A stretch of DNA of 56,816 nt from Eubacteriales bacterium (GCA_045652625.1 JAZRUR010000054.1:1-56816), one strand, 5' to 3'; counted from the stretch's first letter, positions 26,777-36,991 are shown. Translations and numbers: made by a program. Notes: generated by a model from the letters alone, not told the origin.

Positions 26777-28432
26777 ATGAAAGGTTTTTATTTGAAACCA
26801 AAACTGTTTGACACTCTAAAAGGCTATAGCGCACAGCAGTTCACAAAAGATATTATTGCAGGTATCATAGTTGCAGTAATCGCGCTTCCGCTTTCTATTG
26901 CACTTGCATTAGCATCGGGCGTTGCTCCCGAATGCGGTATTTATACCGCTGTTGCGGCAGGCTTTATCGTTTCTTTCCTCGGCGGCAGCAGAGTACAAAT
27001 CGCAGGACCTACTGCGGCATTTGCTACTATCGTTGCCGGTATCGTCGCAACAAAAGGCATGAACGGGTTATTTGTAGCAACGATTCTCGCAGGTATCATG
27101 CTCATTCTTATGGGTGTGTTCAAACTCGGTGCACTCATCAAATACATTCCGTACACTATCACGACAGGTTTTACTGCAGGTATCGCAGTCACTATACTTA
27201 TAGGTCAAATTAAAGATTTCTTAGGCTTGAGTTATGCAGAAGGTGTTAAACCTATTGAAACCATCGAAAAAATCGAAGCCAACATTCACGCCATCGGCAC
27301 TTTCAGTTGGGAAGCGTTGCTTGTTGGAGCGATATGCCTATTAATACTGATTGTTTACCCCAAATTCGAAAAACGCGTACCGCCCTCTTTGATTGCGGTT
27401 GTTGTAGGCGCACTTATGGTTAAGTTTATCCCTTCGTTAGATAGCGGAGTTAATACCATAGGTGAACTTTACGATATTCCCATGGGTCTTCCTAAAATGG
27501 ATTTTTCGGGAATTGATTTCAGCATTTCCAACATAGGTGCACTTCTTCCCGATGCCTTTACAATAGCACTTCTTGCGGCGATTGAATCTCTGCTTTCATG
27601 TGTTGTAGCAGATAATATGGTAAATTCGCGACACAACTCCAATGCCGAACTGGTCGCACAAGGTGCAGGTAACATAGCCTCTGTATTGTTCGGCGGTATC
27701 CCCGCAACCGGCGCGATCGCCCGTACTGCTGCTAATGCAAAAAACGGCGGACGTACACCTATTGCAGGTATGGTACACTCTATCGTGTTACTTCTCGTTT
27801 TAGTATTCCTTATGCCCTACGCAGGTCTTATCCCTATGCCCACTATCGCGGCTATACTATTTATGGTCGCATATAACATGAGCGAATGGCGTAGATTTAC
27901 CCGTATTATCAAAACCGCGCCTAAAATGGACATAGCCGTCATGGTTGTAACTTTCGGCCTTACCGTTATCATTGACCTTGTTATTGCTATCGAAGTCGGT
28001 TTAGTCATGGCATTTGTATTCTTTATGAAACAGATGAGCGACGAAACCAAGATAACAGGTTGGAAAAAAATCGACTCTAACAATGACAGCGACAGCATCG
28101 AACACAAATACGTGCCCGAAAATGTAAAAGTTTTTGAAATCGAAGGTCCTTTGTTCTTCGGTTCGGCGGACAAGATAGCAGAGATCATAACCGACGAAAG
28201 CACGGAATTTATCATTCTTCGTATGCGTTCGGTGACTGCGCTCGACTCCACAGCCATGAATGCGCTTGATGCATTCTACCGCAAATGTTCAAAAAACAGT
28301 ATTCGTTTGATACTTTCTCACGTGAACGAACAACCCCTAAAACTAATGCAAAAATCGGGATTTGTCGATGCCGTCGGAGCAGAAAATTTCCCCAAGCATA
28401 TTGACGATGCATTAAAACTTACTATGAAATAA
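26777..28432 (+). CDS. SulP/SLC26 anion transporter with STAS domain
   Basis: ALPLSIALA, GGSRVQIAGPT, AIESLLS, ATGAIART, GPLFFG, LDSTA. Confidence 0.95.
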   Translation: MKGFYLKPKLFDTLKGYSAQQFTKDIIAGIIVAVIALPLSIALALASGVAPECGIYTAVAAGFIVSFLGGSRVQIAGPTAAFATIVAGIVATKGMNGLFVATILAGIMLILMGVFKLGALIKYIPYTITTGFTAGIAVTILIGQIKDFLGLSYAEGVKPIETIEKIEANIHAIGTFSWEALLVGAICLLILIVYPKFEKRVPPSLIAVVVGALMVKFIPSLDSGVNTIGELYDIPMGLPKMDFSGIDFSISNIGALLPDAFTIALLAAIESLLSCVVADNMVNSRHNSNAELVAQGAGNIASVLFGGIPATGAIARTAANAKNGGRTPIAGMVHSIVLLLVLVFLMPYAGLIPMPTIAAILFMVAYNMSEWRRFTRIIKTAPKMDIAVMVVTFGLTVIIDLVIAIEVGLVMAFVFFMKQMSDETKITGWKKIDSNNDSDSIEHKYVPENVKVFEIEGPLFFGSADKIAEIITDESTEFIILRMRSVTALDSTAMNALDAFYRKCSKNSIRLILSHVNEQPLKLMQKSGFVDAVGAENFPKHIDDALKLTMK

Positions 28433-28438
28433 AATTCA

Positions 28439-28475
28439 AAGCCTCGAAAGCGTAAACTTTCGAGGCTTGTTTTTT
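28439..28475. terminator. Bidirectional terminator
   Basis: AAGCCTCGAAAG/CTTTCGAGGCTT with T-run. Confidence 0.8.
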
Positions 28476-28477
28476 AG

Positions 28478-28861
28478 TTAATCTATAATTTCGTCGCAAT
28501 CTTCGTTGTCAGTCATGTACTCACGTGCGCTTACGCGTTTCTTATCACGTTCCGCTTCGACCATATCCGAAAGCATATTTTTTACTTCAGAAGCGTTCTT
28601 GATCTTACTTATATCAAATTCAGGCGAGGATTTATCGGCGGTACAACAATGTATACTTCCGACACCGAATATACGCTGTCCCAACGGACGGTTAAGTGTG
28701 AGGTCCATAATACGGTATAGTCGTATTTCTTCCTCTTTCTTTGACAGAAAACCCGATTCGATAAGTAATTTATCATTCGTAAGTTTATACACCGTAAAAC
28801 TCAAAGGCAGACCGAATACAGTACGCTTCCTATCTCTCCATACATATCCGTTTTCAGACAT
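28478..28861 (-). CDS. Bacterial PH-domain protein
   Basis: WRDRKR..GLPLSFT.Y, EEIRLYRI.D, QRIFGVG; GGAGG RBS. Confidence 0.85.
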   Translation of the reverse strand: MSENGYVWRDRKRTVFGLPLSFTVYKLTNDKLLIESGFLSKKEEEIRLYRIMDLTLNRPLGQRIFGVGSIHCCTADKSSPEFDISKIKNASEVKNMLSDMVEAERDKKRVSAREYMTDNEDCDEIID

Positions 28862-28963
28862 AATTAATACCTCCGTTATAAATTATATTATTATATTAGC
28901 ACACCGTTTTTGAAAAAACAATAGTTATATTTAATTCCTAAGTCATCTTGAAGCGGAAACTGT

Positions 28964-30019
28964 TTATTCAAACAAACCGTTATAATCAAAGCCGGTGTAA
29001 AACTCATATACTTCAGAAAAATACTCCGAACTATTGTCTTTATCGACTTTATATTCGCCGGTCTTCATACATTCAAGTATTTTCGCATTGATCTCACCGC
29101 GATAATGCACGGTATCTTTATAATTATTCAAATCACAAACCGTTTTATAGTCGGTCAAAAACGAATACAAATGTATGTTCTCATAATCCAACATCATCTC
29201 TATAGCCATTTGTTGTGCTTCGAGATGCTTACTTAAATCGCCTTTAACATATAAGGAATCCCAATATACAATACTATAGGGCGGCAAAAACAAGTAAAAA
29301 TCAACATCGGGGTTCTCTCTGGCGGCAGTTATTATGTTTTGTTCTACTGTACCGCGAACCACATCTTTTTCATCATCGGCCAGTAAATTAATGTTCTCCG
29401 CAACATCCCCGCGATTATAGTCCGACAAAACCACTTCTCTGCCGTAAGTAGCAGTTGTATCCCAATTTGCATAGTCATCAAAAGTGGTGGGAGATACGCC
29501 CCTCAGCGTAGACATAGCCACAGGATAAACATCGCCCAATAAAATATCCTTGTTGAAAAGATAATTCACGTCATTAAATAAATTCTCGTCATATAGATAT
29601 TCGGGATAATCACTATAGTTCATAGCATCTTTATCTTCAAGAAAACGATAGGTATCCAAACAACGTATGACCATTTTGACATCCGAATTTCGTTCAATAG
29701 CCTTTGCGGTAGCATCATTTATTTCTTTGAAACTGGCGCCGTAGAACGGTATTTTTATTGATTGTGTGCCGAAAATAGCATCACACTCGGTTGTTTTAAA
29801 GTTCTCGGTCATAGAAGTTCCGGTTATTATGGCATCATACGTAAAGTGACGAGTTATTCCGTCGTTTTGATAACGCTCGTTATGCAACATATATCCTTGC
29901 CCTTCAAAAGGGGCATGATAATGAAAGTAGGGGTCGAATACCACTGTCAATACGCATATAATTATTAAGAAGCATAAAACCAATGACAAAACGGTTATGC
30001 CCATTTTTTTATAAGACAT
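28964..30019 (-). CDS. SGNH-like extracellular partner of MBOAT O-acyltransferase
   Basis: N-terminal TM with DPY; GTSMTENF (G-x-S) and DTVH (DxxH); directly downstream of the MBOAT gene. Confidence 0.7.
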   Translation of the reverse strand: MSYKKMGITVLSLVLCFLIIICVLTVVFDPYFHYHAPFEGQGYMLHNERYQNDGITRHFTYDAIITGTSMTENFKTTECDAIFGTQSIKIPFYGASFKEINDATAKAIERNSDVKMVIRCLDTYRFLEDKDAMNYSDYPEYLYDENLFNDVNYLFNKDILLGDVYPVAMSTLRGVSPTTFDDYANWDTTATYGREVVLSDYNRGDVAENINLLADDEKDVVRGTVEQNIITAARENPDVDFYLFLPPYSIVYWDSLYVKGDLSKHLEAQQMAIEMMLDYENIHLYSFLTDYKTVCDLNNYKDTVHYRGEINAKILECMKTGEYKVDKDNSSEYFSEVYEFYTGFDYNGLFE

Positions 30020-30037
30020 ATTTACTCTCCCCCCTGT

Positions 30038-31492
30038 TTAGAAATTGAAATATAAAAACGTACTTACTCCCGCAAATGACATTACACACAATGTTAACAA
30101 TGCAGATATCAGTATCGCAGTTGATGCTCTTGGTTTAAAATCCTCAATACGCTGATAAACATTTTTGCAGCAAAGCACAATTATCATGGGAACAATTATA
30201 TATGCAAGTAAAATCAAATAACTATTTTTTGCTAATACCCCAATTTGAGCAGTTATAAACGTCCATTCCGCAGACATAATGCCTTGTATCAAAGAGGACG
30301 AAACCCCATTTGATTCGGCAAACAATTGTTTTATCAGCAGGAACGCATCCGACATACTGTCCGCACGGAAAAACACCCACATGATATTTACAAATACGAA
30401 GGTTATCAACCAATTAACCGGTTTGGGTATCTTTTCAAAAAATCTTCTGAATGCACGTGTTATAATACAAAAAATCCCGTGACATACACCCCAAAAAATA
30501 AAAGTCCAATTTGCACCGTGCCAAATACCGCTTACCAAATAAACAATCATTATGTTAATATATGTCCTTGACTTTCCTTTGCGATTGCCGCCAAGCGGTA
30601 TATAGACATACTTCGTAAAGAAACGAGTCAAAGTCATATGCCAACGATCCCAAAACTCATTAATGGTATATGCTTTATACGGAGAATTGAAATTCACCGG
30701 CAATTCGATATTCATCATTTTACCCATGCCTATTGCCATATCGGAATATCCGCTAAAATCAAAATAAATTTGAATAGTGTATGACAATATAACGATTGCT
30801 GCATTTATGCTTCCCAGTTCGGCAATATTGCTATATCCCCAATTTGCCACATTACCAAGCATATCTGCAATAAGCACTTTTTTCGAAAGTCCTAACGTAA
30901 ATGCATATAATCCTTTTGTGAAATTGTCCCAATTAAATCTTTTTTTATCGTCATCACAAAATTGATGAACCAACTCATCGTGTGTAACGATTGGGCCTGC
31001 CACTAATTGCGGAAAGTATGTAACAAAACAAGCGTACTCTATAAAACCGTAATCAGGAACTTCGTTTCGATAAGCATCTATTATAAACGAAAGTTGTTGG
31101 AACGTAAAAAAACTTATACCCAATGGCAATAATATGTTTTTAAGCACCAAATCCGTATGAAAAACAGCATTGATATTTTCAATAAAGAAATCGTAATATT
31201 TAAAATAAAACAAAGCAGAAATATTTAGAGTTATCGCAAAGGCCGCAATGATTCTTTTATATAAAATATTATCCTTGAAACATCGAATGCCAAAATATGC
31301 CAAGTAATTAAGAACTATACTGCCTACCATTATCAGCAGATATGTATAATTGAAATATCCGTAAAACCACAGTGACATTCCCAACAGGAATATCATGGCT
31401 GTTTTTTTATGACTAAAATGATTTAAAAGAAAATAGCCCATGATTACCGCAGGCAGAAAAAACAAAACAAAAATATACGAATTAAATAACAT
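30038..31492 (-). CDS. MBOAT family O-acyltransferase (AlgI/PatA/DltB-like)
   Basis: MLFNS start after GGAG; LPLGISFFTFQ, FPQLVAGPI, YFDFSGYSDMA, FWDRWHMTL, YIPLGG, SGIWHGA. Confidence 0.95.
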   Translation of the reverse strand: MLFNSYIFVLFFLPAVIMGYFLLNHFSHKKTAMIFLLGMSLWFYGYFNYTYLLIMVGSIVLNYLAYFGIRCFKDNILYKRIIAAFAITLNISALFYFKYYDFFIENINAVFHTDLVLKNILLPLGISFFTFQQLSFIIDAYRNEVPDYGFIEYACFVTYFPQLVAGPIVTHDELVHQFCDDDKKRFNWDNFTKGLYAFTLGLSKKVLIADMLGNVANWGYSNIAELGSINAAIVILSYTIQIYFDFSGYSDMAIGMGKMMNIELPVNFNSPYKAYTINEFWDRWHMTLTRFFTKYVYIPLGGNRKGKSRTYINIMIVYLVSGIWHGANWTFIFWGVCHGIFCIITRAFRRFFEKIPKPVNWLITFVFVNIMWVFFRADSMSDAFLLIKQLFAESNGVSSSLIQGIMSAEWTFITAQIGVLAKNSYLILLAYIIVPMIIVLCCKNVYQRIEDFKPRASTAILISALLTLCVMSFAGVSTFLYFNF

Positions 31493-31608
31493 AATTGTAC
31501 TCCAACTATTACTATAATTCTTATTATTCATAATAGCACAAATTTTGTACATTTTCAATGTATTATCACCTTAAAACCGATATAATTTTATCTATAAGGG
31601 CGTTTTTT

Positions 31609-31647
31609 TGTCAAACTGTTGAATATAATGTCGAAAAGTGGTAAAAT
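31609..31647 (+). promoter_or_regulatory. Sigma-A promoter with Spo0A-box-like sites
   Basis: TTGAAT(31619)-17 nt-TAAAAT with TG; TGTCGAA at 31629-31635 and TGTCAAA at 31609-31615. Confidence 0.6.
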
Positions 31648-31683
31648 AAGTCAAATAAGTTTTAGTATGAAAGAGATGGAACC

Positions 31684-33393
31684 ATGAAAAAAATCGCAAT
31701 TACCGCTTTTATACTTGTGTTTGCTATGCTTTTTGCGGCATGTGCACAAGTAACGCCCGAAAATTTCGTATGCAGTTTCGTTATCACTCAAGTTAACGAA
31801 GAACAAAAAATCAACATTGCATACAATACCGACAAAGACATCAGCAAACTTGAAGTATCTGTAAAGCATGGCGAACAGACTGTTTGCGAAGACACGTTCG
31901 AAGGAGATGAATTGAAAGACAAAAACGTCACCGTAGATGCTTATTACGGCAAACACGATGTTACGGTAAAAGCATACACTCAAGACGGTCTTTCGGTTGA
32001 AACCACCAACACTGTTGCACTTTCCGCAAACGAATACATTATTGCGCCCATATCGGGTTCTATGCCCCAACTTTACTTTACGCTTAATATAAAAGAAATC
32101 ACCGACAACGGCAATATCCCTGCCTTTGTATGGCTTGCACGTCCCGAAAGTTGGAACTGGGACAAACTTCCCGAAAATGTATTTGCTATACCTACCGTAA
32201 ACCTTGATGACATACTTAACGGCAGTTACGAAGATATGGTAGATGCCGCAGACGCATATATCGAGGAACTTTACAGCATTAACAAAAATGCTAAATTCAA
32301 TCTTTATATAAACGACTATAACTCCTATCTTTATTTGAAATTATTAGCAGGTAACGACATACCCGAAAACAACTATTACGTAACGCTTCTTTCCGACGGC
32401 GGCGCATCATACAAAGACTTCAACAGCGCGTTCAACATCGACGAAGAAGGTTTTGACGCCGATGCAAAATACGCTGAAATGGCTACTAACCTTCAGACTC
32501 TTTATGAAGAAGTACGCGAAGCAGATGACTATACCTACAGCGACGAGTTCACCGTTAACACTACCGAATTCAGACAGTACGCATACGTTGCCGCAAAGGA
32601 AATGAATAACGTTGAATGGTGGATACTTCGTCCGCGTGACGGCGTTCTTTGTTCCCCTGACGAAGAATTCATCAACACCGTTCTTACCACCGACAAGACC
32701 GAAGGCATTATAGAAGAAAGAAACTTCGCTAATCCGCTGAAAGCAATGACAGACGAAGAAAAAGCCGAACTCAAATCGCTTTATAACTTCAACAACGAAA
32801 TGTTCCAGTCTGCCGACGAGCAAGGCAAAAACGCTATGATGATATTGGGTTCTTGGGCTACTGCTGAAAACGAACCCGATTTCGAAGACTATGTTAAACT
32901 TGTAAAAGCATACTACGGCGAAGATGACTTTGTATATTACTACAAAGGTCACCCCAACACACCGACCAGCAACTATCCCGACAAGCAAGAACAGTTAGAA
33001 CGTTTGGGTCTTATTGACGTTGAGTCCTCTATTAATGCAGAATTAATACTTTTCTTCTACCCCGATATTTACATGTGCGGATATAACTCCTCCACCTTCC
33101 TTTCGGTTGAAAGCAAAGAAATGGCATGTGCAATATTCAACATGACGGTAGAAGATGCAAATGCAAACGAAAGCATGTCTGAATATAAAAACCTTATCGG
33201 ACTTTACACATCTAAAATAGACGAAAATTCCGAATATGCATCGCTTTGTACCGATGCTGAAAGCAATTACTATTTAATAGAATTCAACGAATACTTGGAA
33301 ATAGATGCAGATTTCGCTATTTTTGATGCGAATGCAGAAACATTCACATATTACGAAAACGGCGAAAACGGTTTTGCTCAAATAGAAAAATAA
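31684..33393 (+). CDS. Lipoprotein with GT80 sialyltransferase-like (GT-B) domain
   Basis: Lipobox FAAC20; beta-rich N-domain; SMPQL, LLSDGG (D238), YYKGHP (H423), INAE (E453), GYNSSTF (S469-S470). Confidence 0.6.
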   Translation: MKKIAITAFILVFAMLFAACAQVTPENFVCSFVITQVNEEQKINIAYNTDKDISKLEVSVKHGEQTVCEDTFEGDELKDKNVTVDAYYGKHDVTVKAYTQDGLSVETTNTVALSANEYIIAPISGSMPQLYFTLNIKEITDNGNIPAFVWLARPESWNWDKLPENVFAIPTVNLDDILNGSYEDMVDAADAYIEELYSINKNAKFNLYINDYNSYLYLKLLAGNDIPENNYYVTLLSDGGASYKDFNSAFNIDEEGFDADAKYAEMATNLQTLYEEVREADDYTYSDEFTVNTTEFRQYAYVAAKEMNNVEWWILRPRDGVLCSPDEEFINTVLTTDKTEGIIEERNFANPLKAMTDEEKAELKSLYNFNNEMFQSADEQGKNAMMILGSWATAENEPDFEDYVKLVKAYYGEDDFVYYYKGHPNTPTSNYPDKQEQLERLGLIDVESSINAELILFFYPDIYMCGYNSSTFLSVESKEMACAIFNMTVEDANANESMSEYKNLIGLYTSKIDENSEYASLCTDAESNYYLIEFNEYLEIDADFAIFDANAETFTYYENGENGFAQIEK

Positions 33394-33412
33394 TCGCTAA
33401 ACAACAAAAAAT

Positions 33413-33445
33413 ATCCCTCCTATGTAATCCATAGGAGGGATTTTT
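33413..33445. terminator. Bidirectional terminator
   Basis: ATCCCTCCTATG/CATAGGAGGGAT between convergent genes. Confidence 0.8.
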
Positions 33446-33477
33446 CATTATAGAAGTTCAAACTTATCAAAAGAAAA

Positions 33478-34950
33478 CTATTTCGGGAAATCAATATTAT
33501 TGATAAATGATTTATAAAAATCTTCCTCGCCTGCAAGTGAAATATGCTTTGCTCTTTTTGCTATATACTCTGCTATTTCCATGCGTTTTTCATCGAAAAG
33601 CAATTCTATCGCGCCCGAAAGTGCGGCGTTACCGATAAACTTTGCTTTATTTACTAACTCATAAGGTATCAAGCCGATTTTTGCAGAATCGGCAAGTGAC
33701 ACATGATTCCCAAAACCGCCCGAAATATATAATGTTTTTATCTCGCTGATACTTGTTTTAGTATGTTTTAACAGCATTTCTATAGCCGCCGCTACTGCCG
33801 CTTTGGCAAGTTGCAGCGAACGAATATCGTCTTGAGTCAACTGCACTATACCGCCATTAGCATTAATACGCGGTATGTTTTCACCGTATCCGCTTTCATC
33901 TATATACCCAAGTTCAAGAAATGCAGAAACTGCCGATATTAAGCCCGATCCGCATATTCCTATCGCAGGTGTATTATCGGTTGTATATGCGTTTATTGCG
34001 CCGTTTTCAACCGTTATACGGTCGATCGCTCCCGAAACACAGCCACAACCGCAGGATATCTCTCCGCCTTCAAATGCAGGGCCTGCGGCTGCAGAAGTTA
34101 CATATAGTCTTCCCTCTTTCCAAAGAGCAAGTTCGCCGTTTGTGCCGATATCGCAAAGCAACGAAACTTCGTCGGTCTGACACATTTCAGATGCCATAAC
34201 CGCGCATGTTATATCTGCGCCGACAAACGCGTTTAGGCATGGAGGAAGATATACGCTCTCGGTAAAATATTCGCCGAAAAGCGTGTCTGCCTCGAACGGA
34301 TAACGCGAAATTGATTCGGGTGATCGACCTGTATACAGATAAAGCATTGCTGTATTGCCTGTTACAACAGTCTTTTGAACTTCCGAAGGAGAAATCCCTA
34401 TAGTGTCACATGCATTTTTAAGCAAATTTTCTATACATGAATTTATTTGCCCTTTGAGTTCCTCTGCATTCCCTCTTAACGAGGCATCTATACGTCCGAT
34501 AACATCAAAAGAAAACGAGTGTTGCGGATTCAAAGAACAAGAAGTAGCGATGCATTCACCCGAATTATTATACAACTTCAATACAACCGTAGTAGTGCCT
34601 ATATCAACAGCGGCGCCGTATTTCCAATCGGGAACATCTGTTAGTTTAGAAATTACCGATGTTTCGGTTTCAATATTTACATACTTTGTTTCATCGCAAA
34701 GCAATTCCGCCTCGGCATCACCCAAAAGACGAACCTGACATGCAAGGCGGCTTCCTGCGTCCGTTTCACATTTGTTCGGGTCACTAACTGTTCCCGAAAC
34801 GCTCACCCTACATTTACCGCATATACCTTTTCCGCCGCACGGCGAAAGAACAAGAAAACCCGACTCAACAAGCACATCGCGCAATAGCGGTGTGCCTTCG
34901 AAGCCGAGTTTTATTTTTTTGTCGTTTTTAATAAACGTTAATGTAGGCAT
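33478..34950 (-). CDS. RACo/ASKHA-domain protein with N-terminal 2Fe-2S domain (reductive activator of corrinoid proteins family)
   Basis: CGGKGICGKC...RLACQ; DIGTTT, DIGTNGE, AAGPAFEG, GICGSG, DIRSLQLAKAA, GGFG, GNAALSGA. Confidence 0.9.
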   Translation of the reverse strand: MPTLTFIKNDKKIKLGFEGTPLLRDVLVESGFLVLSPCGGKGICGKCRVSVSGTVSDPNKCETDAGSRLACQVRLLGDAEAELLCDETKYVNIETETSVISKLTDVPDWKYGAAVDIGTTTVVLKLYNNSGECIATSCSLNPQHSFSFDVIGRIDASLRGNAEELKGQINSCIENLLKNACDTIGISPSEVQKTVVTGNTAMLYLYTGRSPESISRYPFEADTLFGEYFTESVYLPPCLNAFVGADITCAVMASEMCQTDEVSLLCDIGTNGELALWKEGRLYVTSAAAGPAFEGGEISCGCGCVSGAIDRITVENGAINAYTTDNTPAIGICGSGLISAVSAFLELGYIDESGYGENIPRINANGGIVQLTQDDIRSLQLAKAAVAAAIEMLLKHTKTSISEIKTLYISGGFGNHVSLADSAKIGLIPYELVNKAKFIGNAALSGAIELLFDEKRMEIAEYIAKRAKHISLAGEEDFYKSFINNIDFPK

Positions 34951-34969
34951 TTTTATCTCTTTATACGGT

Positions 34970-35446
34970 TTATTTTGATTCGCGCTTTTCCTTTATTTTG
35001 CGCATTATAAGAAAAACGCGAACACCTATTAACACCAAAACTGCACCTATTAGAAATCCGCTGAAATCAAGCAAAATATCTTTAACGGCACTTGTTCTGT
35101 TTGAAAACGATTGTATGTACTCATCCAAAACGGCTATCGCCAAAGCATAAAAGCAACCAAACCCGTAAAACCGTTTGGAATAGCAACGTTTAATCAAATA
35201 CAGACAAAGTGTAACCGTTATTCCTAAAAGTGCAAACTCAAAAATGTGCGCAAACTTTCTTATCTGCGAATTCAACACCGTAACCGTTTCATCTTGGTCG
35301 TTCACCACCGATTCGACAACATCGGTAACGGCATTGCTTTTCTCATGAGATTTCGCAACGTCCTCAAACGAATTGGCAAAAATGAGGACGGTAATCAAAA
35401 CAGTGAGCAACAAAAGGCACAAAATGCTGATTTTAATTTTCATCAA
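34970..35446 (-). CDS. VanZ-like membrane protein
   Basis: IFANS, IRKFAHIFEF, DEYIQSF, DILLDF.G. Confidence 0.88.
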   Translation of the reverse strand: MMKIKISILCLLLLTVLITVLIFANSFEDVAKSHEKSNAVTDVVESVVNDQDETVTVLNSQIRKFAHIFEFALLGITVTLCLYLIKRCYSKRFYGFGCFYALAIAVLDEYIQSFSNRTSAVKDILLDFSGFLIGAVLVLIGVRVFLIMRKIKEKRESK

Positions 35447-36956
35447 CCACCTCGCGGGAACGTATCATGCGTTTTAACGTTTCCAAAACAAATGTGAACG
35501 TTTTTGGTTCGCTGATTGATACGACAATGAAATATACAGCGAAAACGAACAATGTATAGGGTATCGCATAAAGTACAAGTTTACCGTACGATGCCATATC
35601 GAATACAAGATATTTATTCAGGTACATTATCAAAGCAAACACCGCAAAATTAACGGTCAGGCATTTATATGTGCTAAACGAACTGCGGTTAATTATTTTC
35701 TTGTTGACATAAAGCACAAGATAGTTTGTCCTATAGAACGAAGATGCCGCCGTTCCCAAAAGTGCGCCGTATATGCCGAAAAACTGTATGAGCACAATGG
35801 AAACAACTATATTAATTACCGCTTCTATTATCGCGCTGTTTTGTGTTTGTTTAAAGTGATTTGCTATATGAACCATAGAAAGCGAAGGATATTTACCTAT
35901 CGTCAGGAGATTAACAAGAGCAAACATCAACGGCAGGTTAGAGAGCAAATAATCAATATCGTCAACGCCTTTTGTATAGACCGCCATAAACGGAAGCGCA
36001 AAATATGTAACAACCGTATATAACGTAAACGCAAAGGTTATATAATATACCTCGTATGCCTTAAATATCTTTAGAAACGTTTCTCTGTCGGTATGGAATG
36101 CGTACGCAACTTTAAACTCTAACGCTTCCTGTACGGATACTATAACTTTAAGAACCATACTGTATAGAAGGTTGTATAAAGAATAAACGCTTACATGTTT
36201 AAGTGTAGAAAACAACGTCAGCAATACAGTATCAACATTTGTGGTTATTAAAAAATTAACCTCATGTACAAATACATTTTTGCTTTGTGAAATTGCGCCG
36301 TAATCGGGTTTTACGGTTAGGTCTATCCACGAATAATTCTTTTTAATATACCAAGTAATATATATCATTTGTGCGAAACTTGCAAGCATCGCTACAAATT
36401 GTACCAAAACAACGTTGAATCCCAGAGAAATAAGTACTATTTTAGATACCTGCTTCAAGACGTTGACAAACATCGTTATGCCCGAACGGACATAATTCTT
36501 TCCGTCGGCTTTAAGCAAAAACAAATATTTCCCGTGAAAGAAGAAATTAATTACGTTGCCCAAACCGTTGAACAGTATGATCAAGAAAATTGTCCAGAAC
36601 GGTATGTCGCTTTTTATAAACAAGGGATATATAACCGAAAAAGCAACTATCAATCCCGAATAAATAAATCCGGTTCGGCGGTAATATATATTTGTTGCCG
36701 AAAGAACCGCGTTTGCATCATCCTTTGTGTTTTTAGCAAGTGCTTTATAGAGCGCTTGACAGGATGCTGCGGCAACGCCTGCTTCAACAAGTGCTATACA
36801 CGCATATATATTTGTAACAGATGAAAGCAAACCGTTGATTTCCGAACCATAGTTATCTAAGACAAGTTTGGGCACCAAAATACCCAAAAGCATTGCCACC
36901 AACTGACAACCTATGCCGATCAACAAATTTTTCTTTATTTTATTGCCGTCTTTCAT
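35433..36956 (-). CDS. Wzx-type polysaccharide flippase
   Basis: Many TM segments; YGSEINGL, VEAG, ALYK, D.VLL, YSLY, EA.INIVVS..L...FGIYG.LLGT. Confidence 0.88.
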   Translation of the reverse strand: MKDGNKIKKNLLIGIGCQLVAMLLGILVPKLVLDNYGSEINGLLSSVTNIYACIALVEAGVAAASCQALYKALAKNTKDDANAVLSATNIYYRRTGFIYSGLIVAFSVIYPLFIKSDIPFWTIFLIILFNGLGNVINFFFHGKYLFLLKADGKNYVRSGITMFVNVLKQVSKIVLISLGFNVVLVQFVAMLASFAQMIYITWYIKKNYSWIDLTVKPDYGAISQSKNVFVHEVNFLITTNVDTVLLTLFSTLKHVSVYSLYNLLYSMVLKVIVSVQEALEFKVAYAFHTDRETFLKIFKAYEVYYITFAFTLYTVVTYFALPFMAVYTKGVDDIDYLLSNLPLMFALVNLLTIGKYPSLSMVHIANHFKQTQNSAIIEAVINIVVSIVLIQFFGIYGALLGTAASSFYRTNYLVLYVNKKIINRSSFSTYKCLTVNFAVFALIMYLNKYLVFDMASYGKLVLYAIPYTLFVFAVYFIVVSISEPKTFTFVLETLKRMIRSREVVDEN

Positions 36957-36991
36957 TACAATATCCTAACTGTAAATCCTTGTAAGAGATA

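Noticed and set aside
34970-35446. Glycopeptide resistance cluster
   Set aside because: Only a VanZ-like gene, common at EPS loci; no vanHAX or vanRS.
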